Source: Carcharhinus longimanus (taxonomy: Eukaryota). From it: a DNA stretch of 64,000 bases. Positions 1 to 13,224 of the stretch are shown here, one piece after another; position 1 is the stretch's first letter, and the number at the start of each line of letters is the position of its first letter. Position numbers and translations under genes: made by a program. The DNA lies in NCBI GenBank assembly GCA_030264375.1, contig JASCQW010000061.1, positions 69,172,882 through 69,236,881 of the forward strand. The letters are read 5' to 3'. The notes beneath the pieces are model-generated. The model made no database searches. It was not told the DNA's origin and was given only the letters and a program-made list of their open reading frames with translations.

Positions 1-297
1 GCACTGAACTCTCTCAATTTTAATACCTGGTAGGTTCTGTATAAGTTTCTATGCTTATCTGTCTGGGATAATTCGACTTATGCTTAAGTTCCAAACTTGT
101 TAATTCATTTGAAATTTCACATTGAAAAACTGATATTAGTGTTAATAGTTAAGCATATCGAAACTTCATGTCATAAGCATAATATAGTTCAGCCAAATTT
201 GCATAACATATTATACAGCATGCAACTAACTCATGATAATCCTTCAGTATGATATAACAATGTTAGCACAATTATAGCATGGAGGAAAACACATTAT

Positions 298-748
298 GGC
301 CTGAACTTTTCAGATGGTGAGGCATGAACCGTACCATTTGGAGAGTCAGTGAGGATGCGTTCCACTGATTCTGACAGTCACTGTCATTTTATACTGAATG
401 TTAATGGGCAGCTGGCAGGACTTCTGTCCTCACTTGGAAAGAAGTTCCATCCTAAGACAACTGGCAGCCGACAGCTCTTCAACCTATCCAGGCACAGCAC
501 TGTAGTGGCCAAAGGAGGCACTGCTGCAAGGTCTCCGAGACTATTTCATATCCTGAGCTTTCTGACATCTGCCAGCCAAAAATGGATGCTGGGCAGGAAA
601 AGGCCCTCAAGTGACCACTTAATGGGGCATGGACGGGTTTCCCACCTGAAACTCTACCTGCCCCTGCATAAAATTAGGTCCAGAGCAACTCGAACCCACT
701 CAATGTCGTGCTCTCTCACCTTCTCAAGAGGAATGTAAAATTCAGGCT
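298..748. mobile_element. Decayed MITE (PIF/Harbinger-Tourist-like)
   Basis: Imperfect TIRs GGCCTGAACTTTT ... AAAATTCAGGCT around a GC-richer interior; the same TIR starts the element at 48190. Confidence 0.5.
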
Positions 749-1089
749 TATGCATAAATGATATGAAATATCAGTACTATAGGGAAGAAAAAAAGCAGAA
801 AGTTTACCACATGACACAAAAACTGAAATCTCTGCCTAACTTTACACCAATCCTGACCAATGGAAACTACCTTTAGTCAGATAAATTCAATTGCTTTACA
901 AGAACATGGTCAAAAAATAGCAGTGGTACAAACTCAACAGCAAAATACAAAATATTTTCAATTGGTGAACACAGTAAGTGAAGGCAGTTCTGATCATTGC
1001 ACCACACGAGTTCTTGGTCAGCAAGTGTTGTTGACCTGCTACTTGACCAAGGAAGGTTTGTTTCTAGTTAAACCCAAACACGTACTTGC

Positions 1090-1450
1090 CTTCAGTGGTA
1101 ACTCTCATCTTCTCCAGAAGGTCATGTGTAAAGCCTCAACTCAAAGACATCAGCAGTTGAGACTTAATCTCAGCTGACACACTAGTGAAGGACTGTTGCA
1201 TTGTTAAAGGTGCTCACTTTAGATGGGATGTTAAACCTAGGCCCCAAATTCCCTCTCAGGGAATCACTGAAGATACAATGATCAAACAGTAAGATGTTCT
1301 CTTGATCAACACACCACTAACTTGCCTTGATGCTATCCGATCTGAAAGAATAGCTAACTCAACATTTGTCCAGCTGTGTAACCCAGAACATTGGGGTCTG
1401 GTTGGCTGTTATATAATCCCTATATAATGAAAGGTACAGTTCAAGTGATT
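1090..1450 (+). mobile_element. Ancient Deu-domain SINE (SacSINE1/AmnSINE-like), degenerate
   Basis: GCTGACAC...GCATTGTTAAAGGTGC...AGATGGGATGTTAAACCTAGGCCCC resembles the Deu central domain. Confidence 0.55.
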
Positions 1451-1459
1451 CTCAGGGAT

Positions 1460-2428
1460 GTATGATCTTTATCAATGATTTGGATGAACAATCTATATTA
1501 ATGATGTGGACGAAGGAGCCAACTATATTGTAACCAAGTTTGCTGAATATACTAGAGGTAGGTAGGAAAGCAAGTTGTGATGAGGATGCAGAGTCTGCAA
1601 CGGGATAGGTTAAGGAAGTGGGTAAAAATTTGGCAGATGGCGAGTAATGTGGGAAAAAATGTGAGGTTGTCCACTTTGGCAGGAAGACTAGAAAAGCAGA
1701 ATTTTACTTAACTGAAGAGAGGCTGCAGCACAGTAGTGTTTAGATGCCCTTGCACATGAATCACAGTTAGCAATAGGCACATGGAAGTATTTCTGAAGAC
1801 AAATGGAATGTTGGCCTTTTTGCAACAGGGATGGAGTATAAAAGTAAGGAAGTCTGGCTACAATAAAGGGCCTTGAGGCAACACCTAAACTGCTTTGTAC
1901 AGTTCTGGCCTTCTTACTTGGATTGGAGGTAGTTCAGAGAAGGTTCATTGGAGTGGTTCCTGGGACAAAGGCCTGTCTTTTGAGGAAAGCTTGAACAGGT
2001 TGGGGCCTATATCCACTGGAGCTTAGGAAAATGAGGCATGATTTTTCTCCTAAGATTCTGAGGTGGCTTGATAGGGTAGACGCCAAGAGGGTGTTTCCCC
2101 TCATGGGAGGGAAATTTAGAATTGGGGCAGAGCTCAAAGACAATTGGTCCGTCATTAAAGCCAGAGGTGAGGAGAAATTTCTTCTCTCAGATGTGTTAGT
2201 TTTTGAACCTCTCCTCCACATTCAGCACTGGAAGCTGGGTTATGGAATATATTCAAGGCTGAGTCCAACAGATTTTTGATCTGCAAAGGAATCAAGGATT
2301 ATGGGAGGCAGGCAAGAAATTGGAGTTTAGGCCACAATCAGACCAGCCAGGATCTTGCTGAATGGCAGAGTAGGCTGAATGGACAGAATGGCCTACCCCT
2401 GCTCCTGTTTCTTATGATTTTATGACTT
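1460..2428 (+). mobile_element. CR1 LINE 3' fragment (RT C-terminus plus 3' UTR)
   Basis: ATTAATGATGTGGACGAAGG...AAGTTTGCTGA (YINDxDEG/KFADD-like); ends in the CR1 tail AATGGCCTACCCCTGCTCCTGTTTCTTATG. Confidence 0.9.
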
Positions 2429-2834
2429 ATCCATTGGACTAATTCTGATAGTTAACTGCAAATTTAACTGAAGATTACAAGACAGTTATAGGAGTTAGTT
2501 TGCAGATTTTGACCAATATATCAATTTGGTGACCAGCTGTAATAGTGGCTGAGGAAATATATCCTAGGAGAACAGTTTAAGCAGTTGCCAATACGAGTCA
2601 CATCAGGAATAACTCATTCCATTACAAAAACTACTTTATGTTGACCTTTCAGATGCTTTCACAAAATTCCAATGGTGGCAGTGTTGGAGGATTGATATGT
2701 TTATGTGACAAGTAGGCACAAGCATTACTTGAATTAACAGTCGTAGCAAAGTAGACTTTCCAAAAGGAACTAAAGTTTGAAAAACTTGCATAATTGATGC
2801 GATAACAAACTTAAGATGACAGCACAGGTTTTTT

Positions 2835-3919
2835 TGTGGCGTGATGCTTCTGTGCCTTTAAGAAATGTACTTCAATCATCTTTCAATCAGGGTTTGTTTG
2901 AAAATCAGCTCTGTTTTACAAGGTGCCAATTGTCTGGAAAAACAGGGCGCTTCAGGTTGAGAATGCAGGGTTACGACTAATTTTGGCTAATAGTGTGATT
3001 CAGAGTTGAAGCATTTTCATTCACTTGGGTTTCCCTTGGGGTTTCAGTGTATTTTGATTAGGTTCATTGACAAAGAAAAGAGTTATGTGCAAATGGGAGC
3101 AGCTAAGCTTGCAGGGAAACTATACAATTTCTCTTTTATTTTAAAGCAATCAGGTTTCTGCCTGGTCCTGAAAGAAACAGCATGGTGGCAAAGTGAGAGT
3201 GAGACAATGGTTAGCACTGCTACCTCACAATGACAAGGCCTCAGTCTCAATTCCAGCCTTAGGTGACTGTGTGTAGAATTCATATATTCTCCCCGTGACT
3301 ACTTGGATTTCTTTCGGGTGCTCAGGTTTCCTCCCCCGGTCCAAAGATTTACAGGTTAGGTGGATTAGTTATGCTAAATTGCTCCTTAATGTCTCAAGAT
3401 GTGTAGGCTAGGGAGATTAGCAGGATAATATGTGGGGTTACAGGGATAGGGCCTTGATAAGATACACTGTCAGAGAGTCAGTGCAGACTTGATGGGTTGA
3501 ATAGCCTCCTTTTGCACTGTAGGGAGTTTATGATTCTATGAAGCAAGAGTTGTCTTTCTGTCTCTTTCTACAGGTGTTTAAAAAGCTCTAAGATTGTTAA
3601 CAAGTACAAGAGTTCAAGCTTGTGCGTTGCTAACTGATTTTGAAGACAGGTTTTAAGTTTGCAAGAGGAATATTACTTGAATTGGAACTAAGACAGATAG
3701 ATCAGCAGTTAAGAATTGTATCTTGTCATGTTTAAGTACTGTTCAAATACTTGTTATAGTTAAACTGTATTGTTAAATAAAGTTTATTTTGATAAATGCT
3801 TCCTAGTGTGTCAATAGAATCACCCTGCACTGAAACACCTTATCCTTACAATGTTGAAATAGCAAATAGTTAGGGTCTAATCTAACTTGATAATATACTT
3901 TGGGGTTTCTGATCTAACA
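2835..3919 (+). mobile_element. Probable solo LTR (Gypsy-like) interrupted by a SINE
   Basis: TG...AACA ends, AATAAA at ~3776 in T-rich context, non-coding. No TSD resolved. Confidence 0.45.
3178..3541 (+). mobile_element. HE1/V-SINE-type tRNA-derived SINE
   Basis: Head TGGTTAGCACTGCTACCTCAC, V-domain-like GGGTGCTCAGGTTTCCTCCC, CR1-type tail ending TATGATTCTATG. Confidence 0.9.
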
Positions 3920-3984
3920 GTGGGCTATAGCTACAATAGCTGATGAGTTCGTACAAAATGCTGAAGTTAAGCAAGCCCATATGT

Positions 3985-4560
3985 TACGTAGAATTTTATG
4001 GTCAGAAAGAGTCCCATTGTCCAACAGGTCTATGCTGGTGTTCATGCTTAACATGAGTCTCCACTTATTGCATTCCACCCCATCAACATGTCCCCCTCAA
4101 AATGCATCTAAGCTAAGCATTTCAGCCATTCCATATGATAACAAGTTCCATATTCTCATAATTTTTTGAGAATGCATTTCTTTCTTCTGAAGTTTTTTTT
4201 TCCTGAAATCTTTATTGAATTTATTAGTGATTGTCTTGTGGGCCTTAGTTTTGGACTTCCCCACAAGTGGAAACATCTTTACACCCCGTCCATCAGATCC
4301 CCTCAGAACCAAAAAGGCTTCTATCAGGTCATTTCTCAGATATTTGCTTTTCTAGAGAAAAGAGAACCATCCTATTCAGTTTTTCACAGATTACTGCAAC
4401 ACAGATGGAGGCCATGTAGCCCTTCTGAACAATCTGTTAATCAGTTCCACTCCTAACTCTTTCCCATTAGCCTTAAGTTTCTTGATAGTTGTATCATCTC
4501 TCTCCAGTAGCTTTCTTTAAATTCTTTTTGTACTTTCTCAACCTTCTATACTCCTTTTGT
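3985..4560 (-). mobile_element. Degenerate CR1 fragments
   Basis: Reverse-complement CR1 3' motifs (GGCCATGTAGCCCTT, TGGAAACATCTT). Confidence 0.5.
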
Positions 4561-4684
4561 AAGAATTGTCAAAATACTCTGCATTTAATCATTTCTGCGC
4601 TTTGGAACTCTATTCCTTAATAAATTAATCCTAGTACCCACTTCACAATTTAATGGCTTTGTTGACATGTGTTATTTTTATTGA

Positions 4685-4790
4685 AAATTCTGATGAAATA
4701 TCAGACTTGAAATTTTACCTCCCATTTTTTTCCCACAGATGCTGCCAGACCTGATTACTTCCAGCATTTTCTGTTTTTATTTATTATTGA
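4685..4790 (+). mobile_element. Penelope-like pLTR remnant with hammerhead ribozyme core
   Basis: CTGATGA-N12-GAAA followed by CACAGATGCTGCCAGACCTG...TTCCAGCATTTTCTGTTTTTATT, the same unit as at 33000, 34700 and 48330. Confidence 0.7.
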
Positions 4791-5275
4791 CGTATTAGAT
4801 TTGCAGAAGCCAGACTGACTGGAATTCTAAGGGACTACCTTTAGTTTGCTTGTGCCTCTCCATTAACGATACTGTCCATAACTGGAACTGGAATATTACT
4901 CTGAAACTTTCCAAATGTTAAGCACAAACAGCTTGCAAACATTAGCGATAGCAAAAAACAATAAAACGGACAGTATAAAACACAAGTGAAAAATAAAAAT
5001 GTAACAGGGCAATAGTGCTGAAGAGGAACAGAACGCAACAGAATAAGTTAATATAAGGGCAGGGGAAGAGAAAAAAGAAATAGAAAGTAGCATACACACC
5101 AAATGAATGACTATCTTTTTAAAATTCAGATTGTTGTCCTGATGGATATGCCCTTCAGATATATTTGAGAAAAGTAACTTCAAAATATCAAATGTTTAAT
5201 TTAGAAAAATACTGAATAATGAAAGTGCTCCTTTTCATGTTATGAAAATGTCCTATGACCCAAAATATTTCCCTT

Positions 5276-5437
5276 ATAAATTATCCCTGTGTCCCGGGAT
5301 GTGTATGTTAGAGGGATTAGTGGGGAAAATATGTGGGGTTTTGGGGTTAGGGCCTGGGTGGGATTGGGATTGGTGTCAGTGCAGACTCAATGGGTCGAAT
5401 GGCCTCCTTCTGCAGTGTAGGGTTTCTATGATTCTAT
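5276..5437 (+). mobile_element. HE1-type SINE, 3' half
   Basis: TGCAGACTCAATGGGTCGAATGGCCTCCTTCTGCAGTGTAGGGTTTCTATGATTCTA tail. Confidence 0.85.
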
Positions 5438-7402
5438 AAAACTACACTGCTATTGTCACTACTTTTTTTGATTTCAAGGTGCTGTTCACATTGCTGCATC
5501 TGCCACTGTGCTCACCAAACAGGAAAGGATGTGTTGTCAAAGCGAAAGTCAAAACCACTATTTTAAATCTTAAAAGTAAAAGAATTAGTGACAACACAAC
5601 CCACAAGACAGAGAAACTGCTCAAAAAAGAGTTAACTCTTTGAGGACCACACTTTCCACAAGAGCACTCTTGTGCAAGGTACTGCAACTATGATGATGAC
5701 CTATAAGCCTCTAACACTAGTCACAGTGAAATCAGGTGTTTGGTGCTGTTACCTCGCCTTTTCTATGCATGTATAATGAAGATACAAGCACACTCAAGAT
5801 GAACTGTGTCCTTCCGCAAGAAAGGAAATTCAATCTTAGTTTATATTGCTTGCCATGGTATTGGTAATCTCCACAAATGTTTTTCCGCTCGCTTGCCTGA
5901 AGTCAGGCAGAAGTGCTGTAGAAACTTTAACTAACATGGTTCAAATGGTCCTTGTGCCATTTTTCCATGGTTTTCTGCGCCTTTTCCAGCAATGTTTTGA
6001 TAGGTCAGTGGCAGAAACCACACTGAAACTTTGCCCATTGTCAGCTGATTCAATCTACCACCTTTTTTTGGGTTATCTTGTTAATTATTTTACTAAAATC
6101 CAAGAAAATGATACATGCACACGCTCTCAAAGTTACCTCCAATAGGAGATGCCCAAAAATGTTGAAGCTGGGGACGGGATACATGCAACAACGAATGGGT
6201 TACATAGAATTACCCACAAATGTGAGATTCCCAAAAGTTGGGGCCCTGTTTTTCTACTCTACAAGCTGAGGATTTTTAAACTGAATGAGTAGGTTTGATG
6301 GATCAAATGGCTGTTTTTTTATCTTATGGCCTGTTCACTGGTTTACTTCTGGTAGTTAACTTCAAATTCAACTGTGAAGATTACAAGACAGTTAAAGAAG
6401 TTAGTTGGCAGATTTTGACTGACAGTTCAATTAGGTGACCAGTACTGAAGGCAGGTTTTAACACCAGTGCAGAAGACAGGAACTGCTCAGAACTTTGAGG
6501 GCTAGATCAAAGGGAGATCCTAAGCCACTTTTGGCCCCANNNNNNNNNNNNNNNNNNNNNNNNNNNNNNNNNNNNNNNNNNNNNNNNNNNNNNNNNNNNN
6601 NNNNNNNNNNNNNNNNNNNNNNNNNNNNNNNNNNNNNNNNNNNNNNNNNNNNNNNNNNNNNATGACTCAAGGATACGAGCATCTTCTAACTAGAAAGATG
6701 ACAACTGGATGGAGGTAGAATTGAGGCATTCAAAATCTAGCCAAATACTTAGATAGCACAAAGAAAGCCCAGTGCCAAATTATTTACTGATATTACACCT
6801 CTTCTGTAGGAAACTGCTTTCTTTAGCTTGTTAAATAATCATAGAAGCATGACTAACATCAATAACATAACTCGGTGGCTTAAGAACACAAACCGACGTA
6901 TCCACTGGAAGGCAACTGCTCCATTGTGCATTTCTGTCGACGCATTTCTTTTGAAAATGAAGTAATTGGGACAAAGTTGCATCAAATTTAAAAAGGAATT
7001 ACTTCCAGGGTCAATTAAATAAGCATATTGATCAACAAGTAGCATGCTAGAAAATCCCAAGACTCCATTCTCAGTAATTAAGGCAGGCACATTGAGACAA
7101 ACACATTGAGGCAAAAGTGTCAGTTCCAAACTGTTATCCACTAATTTCTCTTATAAAATGTGTGTGTCTGTCTGGTGAAAACACAGTCTTCACCTTGAGG
7201 CTTTCACATTTAAACGATAAATGAAGCATGGTCCAGTTAAATGAAGCATCAGGTGTCTGTTCGTACCCATGAAACCAAACAGAAGGCAAGTAAAATGGCA
7301 AGAAAGGTTGGTTTAATTATACCTTATGTTTGCATTTTGCAATGCACAAATATAATTTTGGCATACTTGTAGAAGCAACAATCATGTATCTTTTAACCTT
7401 AC

Positions 7403-7464
7403 TTCTTCCAGACTGCTGTACAGGTTCTCTGAACTTCAACTTCAAATGGCAGAGAATGTGTACT
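7403..7464 (-). other. Putative 62-nt exon
   Basis: Minus strand: gtttgtttgccatttatag|AGTACA...GAAGAA|gtaagg. Open in two frames. Confidence 0.5.
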
Positions 7465-7639
7465 CTATAAATGGCAAACAAACTCTACCTTTGTGGATTT
7501 CTTATTAGGATTTTGGACACACAGCTAACCACCACCAAAAAATATGACCTTTGTAGGGATGAAATAGAGTCTCCTTTGCTCCTCCCGCCATTGATAGGAG
7601 CTGGAGTATTTCTTTCCAACAAATAGCAGTTAGATTTCA

Positions 7640-7830
7640 CTTCATTCCTCCTTCTTAGGCAGCCCCTTGGGGTTAAGAATAACCTACTTCCACTCTGGTT
7701 CAATAGGATCCAAATAATTGATAAGTCCAGTGTGTGATCTGCAGACGCTGCCACATGCAGGACAAGTGGCTTTTGGAGGGTCAGGTAATGAGTTGTTCGG
7801 AGGTTTGTGTACTCCCTCCAATGCTTAAAA
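7640..7830 (-). mobile_element. RTE-BovB-like LINE 3' end
   Basis: The minus strand encodes CPACGSVCRSHTGLI, resembling the C-terminal CxxC..RIGLISH motif of BovB-type RTEs; terminus CTTCTTAGGCAG on the plus strand. Confidence 0.7.
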
Positions 7831-7930
7831 NNNNNNNNNNNNNNNNNNNNNNNNNNNNNNNNNNNNNNNNNNNNNNNNNNNNNNNNNNNNNNNNNNNNNN
7901 NNNNNNNNNNNNNNNNNNNNNNNNNNNNNN

Positions 7931-8070
7931 CAAGATGCCTCGCTATTTTCTCCTTGATCACGGATTCTAACATTTTTCCTACAACAGACGTTAAACTAAC
8001 CGGCCTACAATTCCCTGTCTTTTGCCTGTCACCCTTCTTAAACAACGGCGTAACATTAGCCAAGTCATCC
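7931..8070 (-). mobile_element. Young CR1 ORF2 fragment next to a gap
   Basis: ANVTPLFKKGDRQKTGNCRPVSLTSVVGKMLESVIKEKIARHL, the canonical CR1 pre-RT motif. Confidence 0.95.
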
Positions 8071-9834
8071 AAGTCTTCAAAGCATATAGGTTTGTAAGGG
8101 TCACTGCTGCCTACTAAACCATGACCTTAGTCTCGTGTTCAAGATTCTGGTACTTAAATATGATTTTCCTCATAAGGTCAAAGGTTGAGCTGGCACAATG
8201 GAGGTAATAATGAATTTTATCAAACTGTGGCAAACTGAAAGACAGTCATCCTACAGGTGTCAGATATCAAAAGTGCATCTTCAAATCTACCTTTTAAAGA
8301 ACAAGATGGTGGGTCGGAAGGGTGCAAAAGATCCAATTAATGGACACCAACAGTATGTACGTGTTCTTTGGGCTGTCAAAATGTCTGGGCCCAAGCACCC
8401 AGCAGAGGATCTCATCAAGGGTGGCCATCAGTGCTCGTGAGAAAGAACCTTTTGAAGAATTCCTCAATGAGATTCTGGCTTCAACTTGAACGCCCTGAAC
8501 TCCATTTCCCAATATCCCTCCTCATGCCCCTCATCTTGGGGAAAGCTGTGCATGCTGGTACACCACAAGAGTACGGTGACCATGGCAGTATTTGGAAAGG
8601 AAAACGAGCACAATGGGAGTAACGACAGTGGCGTCTCCCTGCTGACTAATAAAAGGAAGATTGGTGACAAGGATCCTCAATAGCCTCCTCCCTGTGGCCA
8701 ATAGGCCCCACCTTTCTATACATCAATAAAACAGTAACCTCCAAAATAAAGATTTCCTTTAGGGCCTGGAAATGCAGCAAAATGGATTCCATGAGCCATG
8801 ATAGTCATGCACAGTCAGAAAGGCATGATATTACATTCATATCATAATTCTCCAACAGCAGTTTGAAAGAATATAGAAAATTCTTAATACTTGCTGCAAC
8901 AGGTTTATGCCTTTGGGTCTATATAAAAGAATGCAACTTCCTAGCAATATGTGACTTTATTCAGTTTCCAAGATGTAACCCTAAAAGGAAAATGGCAATC
9001 CTCCCCTCAACAAACACTTGGGTGAGACTCTTTTGGGATTTGTCTGGTAGAATAGGCAAAGTGCAACTCTGGAAGCACTAGGTATTCTCAAGCTGTTCCC
9101 TAGAAACCTAATCAGTCACAAGCCAAAGATTCTTTTTCATTTCAGAAAGTTTCAAAAACAAGAACGTAATCTTGTTAAGACCCAACTACATAAACAGGAC
9201 TCTGACTCGGAACCGCATGCTTTGGGGACAGCTATTCTGGTTGCATCCTGGGGTTCAGCAATTTGCATGTCACTGCTAACAGCTCAACATCAGTGCGTTT
9301 GACACTTCACATAATGTGACAAAACTATGCAGTAAATTCACAAATGCATGGTTATTTTGTCATAAGGAGGCAGTTTTAGTCCTTTTGCCTGTTTTTTTTA
9401 AGCGGGAACATAACAGGACTCAGATGAAATTCAAAGTGAAGGACTTAATGCTCTGTTCCCACCTGCAATGAGCTGGGAAATAGATCCAAGGCTGTCAGCA
9501 GAAACATGCAATGGTTTCATTTATTTGTATAAGTCGGGGTTCCATTATGTACAACTTTGAAAACGAGTGGTGCCTATTCTACACTATCCCCACTCTCACT
9601 GCAAGGCAGCCAGATTAGTGTCCCTTAAAAGAGACTACTGGGACAACTGCATGGTTTTGGAAGACGAGGAGGGATTTTTTTTTCGTATGTGTTCACAAAA
9701 ACCATATCATCCACTTCATCTTCTGCTGAGCGAATCCCAAGTCCCTTTACGTACAAGTTGCCAGATCAGCTACACAGCTGAGTCGTTTGATTTACTGCCA
9801 CCTCACCAAACATGCATTCCTTTGGCATCATTTC

Positions 9835-10105
9835 ATATAAGCATAGAATGCAGAAGGAAGTCATTCAATCCATTAAGTCTTCACCGACTCATTGACAGGT
9901 ATCTTGCCCAGGCCCCCTCTCTGTAACCCCACACATTTACCATGGCCAATCCACCTACATCTTTGGGAAGAAGCCAGTGCATCCAGAGGAAACCCACACA
10001 GATATGGAGAGAACGTGAAAACTCCACACAATCACCCAAAGCTGGAATTGAACCCAGGTCCCTGGTGCTGAGAGGCAACAGTGCTAACTACTATGCCACT
10101 TTGGC
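9835..10105 (-). mobile_element. HE1/V-SINE-type SINE
   Basis: Reverse complement of the SINE head and V-domain (GGAAACCCACACAGA, AATTGAACCCAGGTCCCTGG). Confidence 0.9.
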
Positions 10106-10159
10106 TTCTCCCATTTTATTTGGGGGTCACCACAATTCTACCTGTCAGTCAGCCATTCC

Positions 10160-10860
10160 TATTCCAATTGTGTGTTCAAGTCTTTTGCGAGTACAGTTTT
10201 TCATCTAACATCAGGCTTTCCTCTTCTTGGCAGTCCCATCGCCATCATCATATTTCCTCTTTCTCCCTCCACTAAACGATCACACCATTTCAATCTCTTC
10301 TCAGTTGCTTTTTTCGATCTCCCACAACCTTCACTAACCCCCTGACGTGCTGATTCCTGATTTTGTCTTTTCTCATTACACCACACATCCATCTAAGCAT
10401 CCACGTCTCATTAGTATCTAGTCATTATTCCTGTCTTCTTAATGTTGCCCAAGTTTTTACACTATTTAAGAAAGCCCATCTCACAGTCTCTTGTAGATTC
10501 TTCTTTTCAGTTTCAGGTGATATTTTTCTATCACAACACTCCACTGCACTTCTTCCAAGTACACCTACCGGAGTTAATTCATTGCTTAATTTCCACGCTT
10601 GTCTTCTGCCAACATTGACTCTTGAAACTACCCTTTCTCCAAGTCTTCGCCCAAAATCTTCACACGTTTACTCTGACCCTCTTTCCGAGGCTCAAACCGA
10701 CAGTCCATTAATTGGCTCTTTGGTTTACTAATCAGCATACTGGTGTCTTCCAATACTTTTCTTCAATTCTCCAGGTACTCAGCCATGTTCTCATTCTTCC
10801 CATCACCCAGCTCAATCATTGACCTCATTCCCTCAACGTCACTGGTAATAATTTGAGTGT
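10160..10860 (-). mobile_element. Degenerate RTE-clade LINE fragment
   Basis: Frameshifted minus-strand remnants MLRWMCGV-RKDKIRN, RLKW and GLPRRGKP, typical of the RTE ORF C-terminus. Confidence 0.7.
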
Positions 10861-11479
10861 TTTGGCATTGGAAGAACGAAAGGTACAATATTTGGATGAG
10901 TAAAACCATTTTTATTATTGCTTAGTAGTATTTGATCACTGTTTTACACTAAGGTTAATATTCATATCTATGCTGATTTTGGGTTAACACATTTGAGGTC
11001 AGGCATTCCACCATCTTCTATAGTCCAGAAAATTCCAAAATCCAGAAGTGACCCAACTATTCCAGACTGGAGAGGTTACAGCGTGTATAAACATGTCTAC
11101 TTTTTAAAAGGACCCGCCTGCATCCCAGCAATGCATTAATGATCTGGTTACAAATAAAGCTGCAAGCCATATTTATGTGAATAAAGAGGTCAGTTATGTC
11201 TCATTAAAGTGATGAAACCTGGTCAATTTAGTTAGTTAATTTATTAGTCACAAGTAAGGCTTACAGTAACACTGCAATTTGAAAATCAGGAAGAAATTAC
11301 ATCCCTAGTTCATGTTTCAACTTTACCATGTGAGCAGAAGTAAGTTTACATCTACCAACCGAAATGATGTAACAGAGCCAAATACTGCTGATAATTAAAA
11401 TACATTTCAATCAAATGAATGCAACAATTGGTTGTTAGTCAATCTTGCTTGCAGTAAGTGAGATTGCAATTCAATCTCC

Positions 11480-12400
11480 AATCTTCACTATATGCTCACT
11501 ACTTTCTACACCACCACACACCCTGCTTCTCGTAGTCCTCTGTTTTACTCTCCCAGAGTCCTTGCCTCTACCGCATCTATTTTGACTATGCCAGTTTCCA
11601 TTCCAGTGTTTCTGATGTCTTCTTTTTCCCTACAACTGAGTCGTCCCCACCCACTGTGGTTGACAAGGATCACAACTATGTTCATTCCATTCCACGCACT
11701 CTGCTCTCAACTCTCTCAAACCCCCAGCAGTCACCTCAGGCTATGAAGCTTTCTTTGTCTTTGCAAACCATCTCAGACTTTACATTCAACGCAAGTCCTA
11801 TCATTTCCACCATCCCCAGCACAATGGCAACACCTAGCGCATCTCTCTGTCCCCACAACTTTCAAATTTTAAAAGGGATCGTTCCCTGGTCCACTCTTCA
11901 ATTGTCCCCAAAACTCCCTCCACTTCCTGTGGCACTTTGGCTCTTTCCTCTCTCCCTTTTTACCACCCAAGACCCCAAACACCTTCCAGATGAAGCAATA
12001 ATTTACTTCTTGTAACTTAATGTTCTGTGTTCACAGTTCACAACAAGATCTCTCTACATTAGGGAGACAAGGACGTTCACCTTATGGAACATCTTCATTC
12101 AGTCCAAACATTACTCCAAGCTTTTAGTTGGGTCATTTCAATTTTCTTCTCCATTCCCACTCCAACTCCTCTTTTCCTCAGTTGCCTATACTGTTCCGAT
12201 AAAATGCAACATCAGCTCCAGGAACAACTACAGCTTTCCAGACTCAGCATCAAGTTCAACAATTTCAGATCAGAACCTCCTTGTCCCACTGCCACCCATT
12301 TTCACTTTGCATTGACATCTCTTGACATTTAATCTTTCCTACCTTCTACCCAATCACCGACCTTCCCTTTTGTTCATTCCTTCCCTCCAAGTTTAACCAG
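11480..12400 (+). mobile_element. Degenerate Penelope-like element (RT C-terminus and GIY-YIG remnant)
   Basis: CTCTACATTAGGGAGAC (LYIxE) ... GAACATCTTCATTCAGTCC (EHLHSV); C-rich plus strand. Confidence 0.65.
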
Positions 12401-12419
12401 ACTTTTTAAGATGGCTATA

Positions 12420-12775
12420 TTTTAAACTGACTCATTTATTTTAAAGGTAAAATGGAGCAGCTTGGAGAAGTATGTGACCTATAGAATCTGCCCAAATCCA
12501 TGTAGCCTCATTATGAGATCTGCCCAGAAACAAGCATGTGCGTCCTGGTTGTGAAACTAAAACTGTATACATTTGCAAAGCTAAGGGCTGAGTAAAGGAG
12601 TACTGTACCAGAATCAAACTTTTCATGTTTAATAAATGTTTTGTTTCTTGTTGTTAAAACTGATAAGGTGTCCTCCATGTTTTCTAAAAATAGTAAAAAC
12701 GTTATGGCCTTTTGAGCCAGGATTTCGTACCGGAATCTTCCTATCCAGTTATAATACCAATTGAGATCGTTAAAG
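12420..12775 (+). mobile_element. LTR-like fragment
   Basis: AATAAA followed by a T-rich segment, similar in character to 3600-3919. Confidence 0.35.
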
Positions 12776-13224
12776 TCTTAAAATGCGATATCTTGTGCAA
12801 TTGCTTTGCATCAGTCACTGGGAAAATTCATATTTGTTTTTAAAAGTTGTCTACGGGGATTGTAAAAAAAAACTACTGATGCATTTCTTTTTAATCTGCA
12901 GATCTTTAAAAAAGGTTGATACAGGGGTAGTGAGTTAAGTATGCTTATATTAAGTACTTATTGCACGGATCCTTATGATGAATGAAAATGTAAAATATCC
13001 CATTACAGAATAATTATTTGTTTAATAGAATACATACCCTAACTCCAAATAATGAGGGATTTAACTTAGTTTATGAAATGTCTGCTTTTAGTATTTGTCT
13101 CTCCTTAAAAAAACATAACCCATTCATGTTTTGTGTCCACACACCCTTACCTATCTCACATCAAATTAATACATCAGTCCTGACGAATTCTGAATCAATA
13201 GTTTCCTCTCGAGAATCCTGCTCC

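Noticed and set aside
349-738. 129-aa plus-strand ORF
   Set aside because: Lies wholly inside a MITE-like element, starts at GTG and has no recognisable domain.
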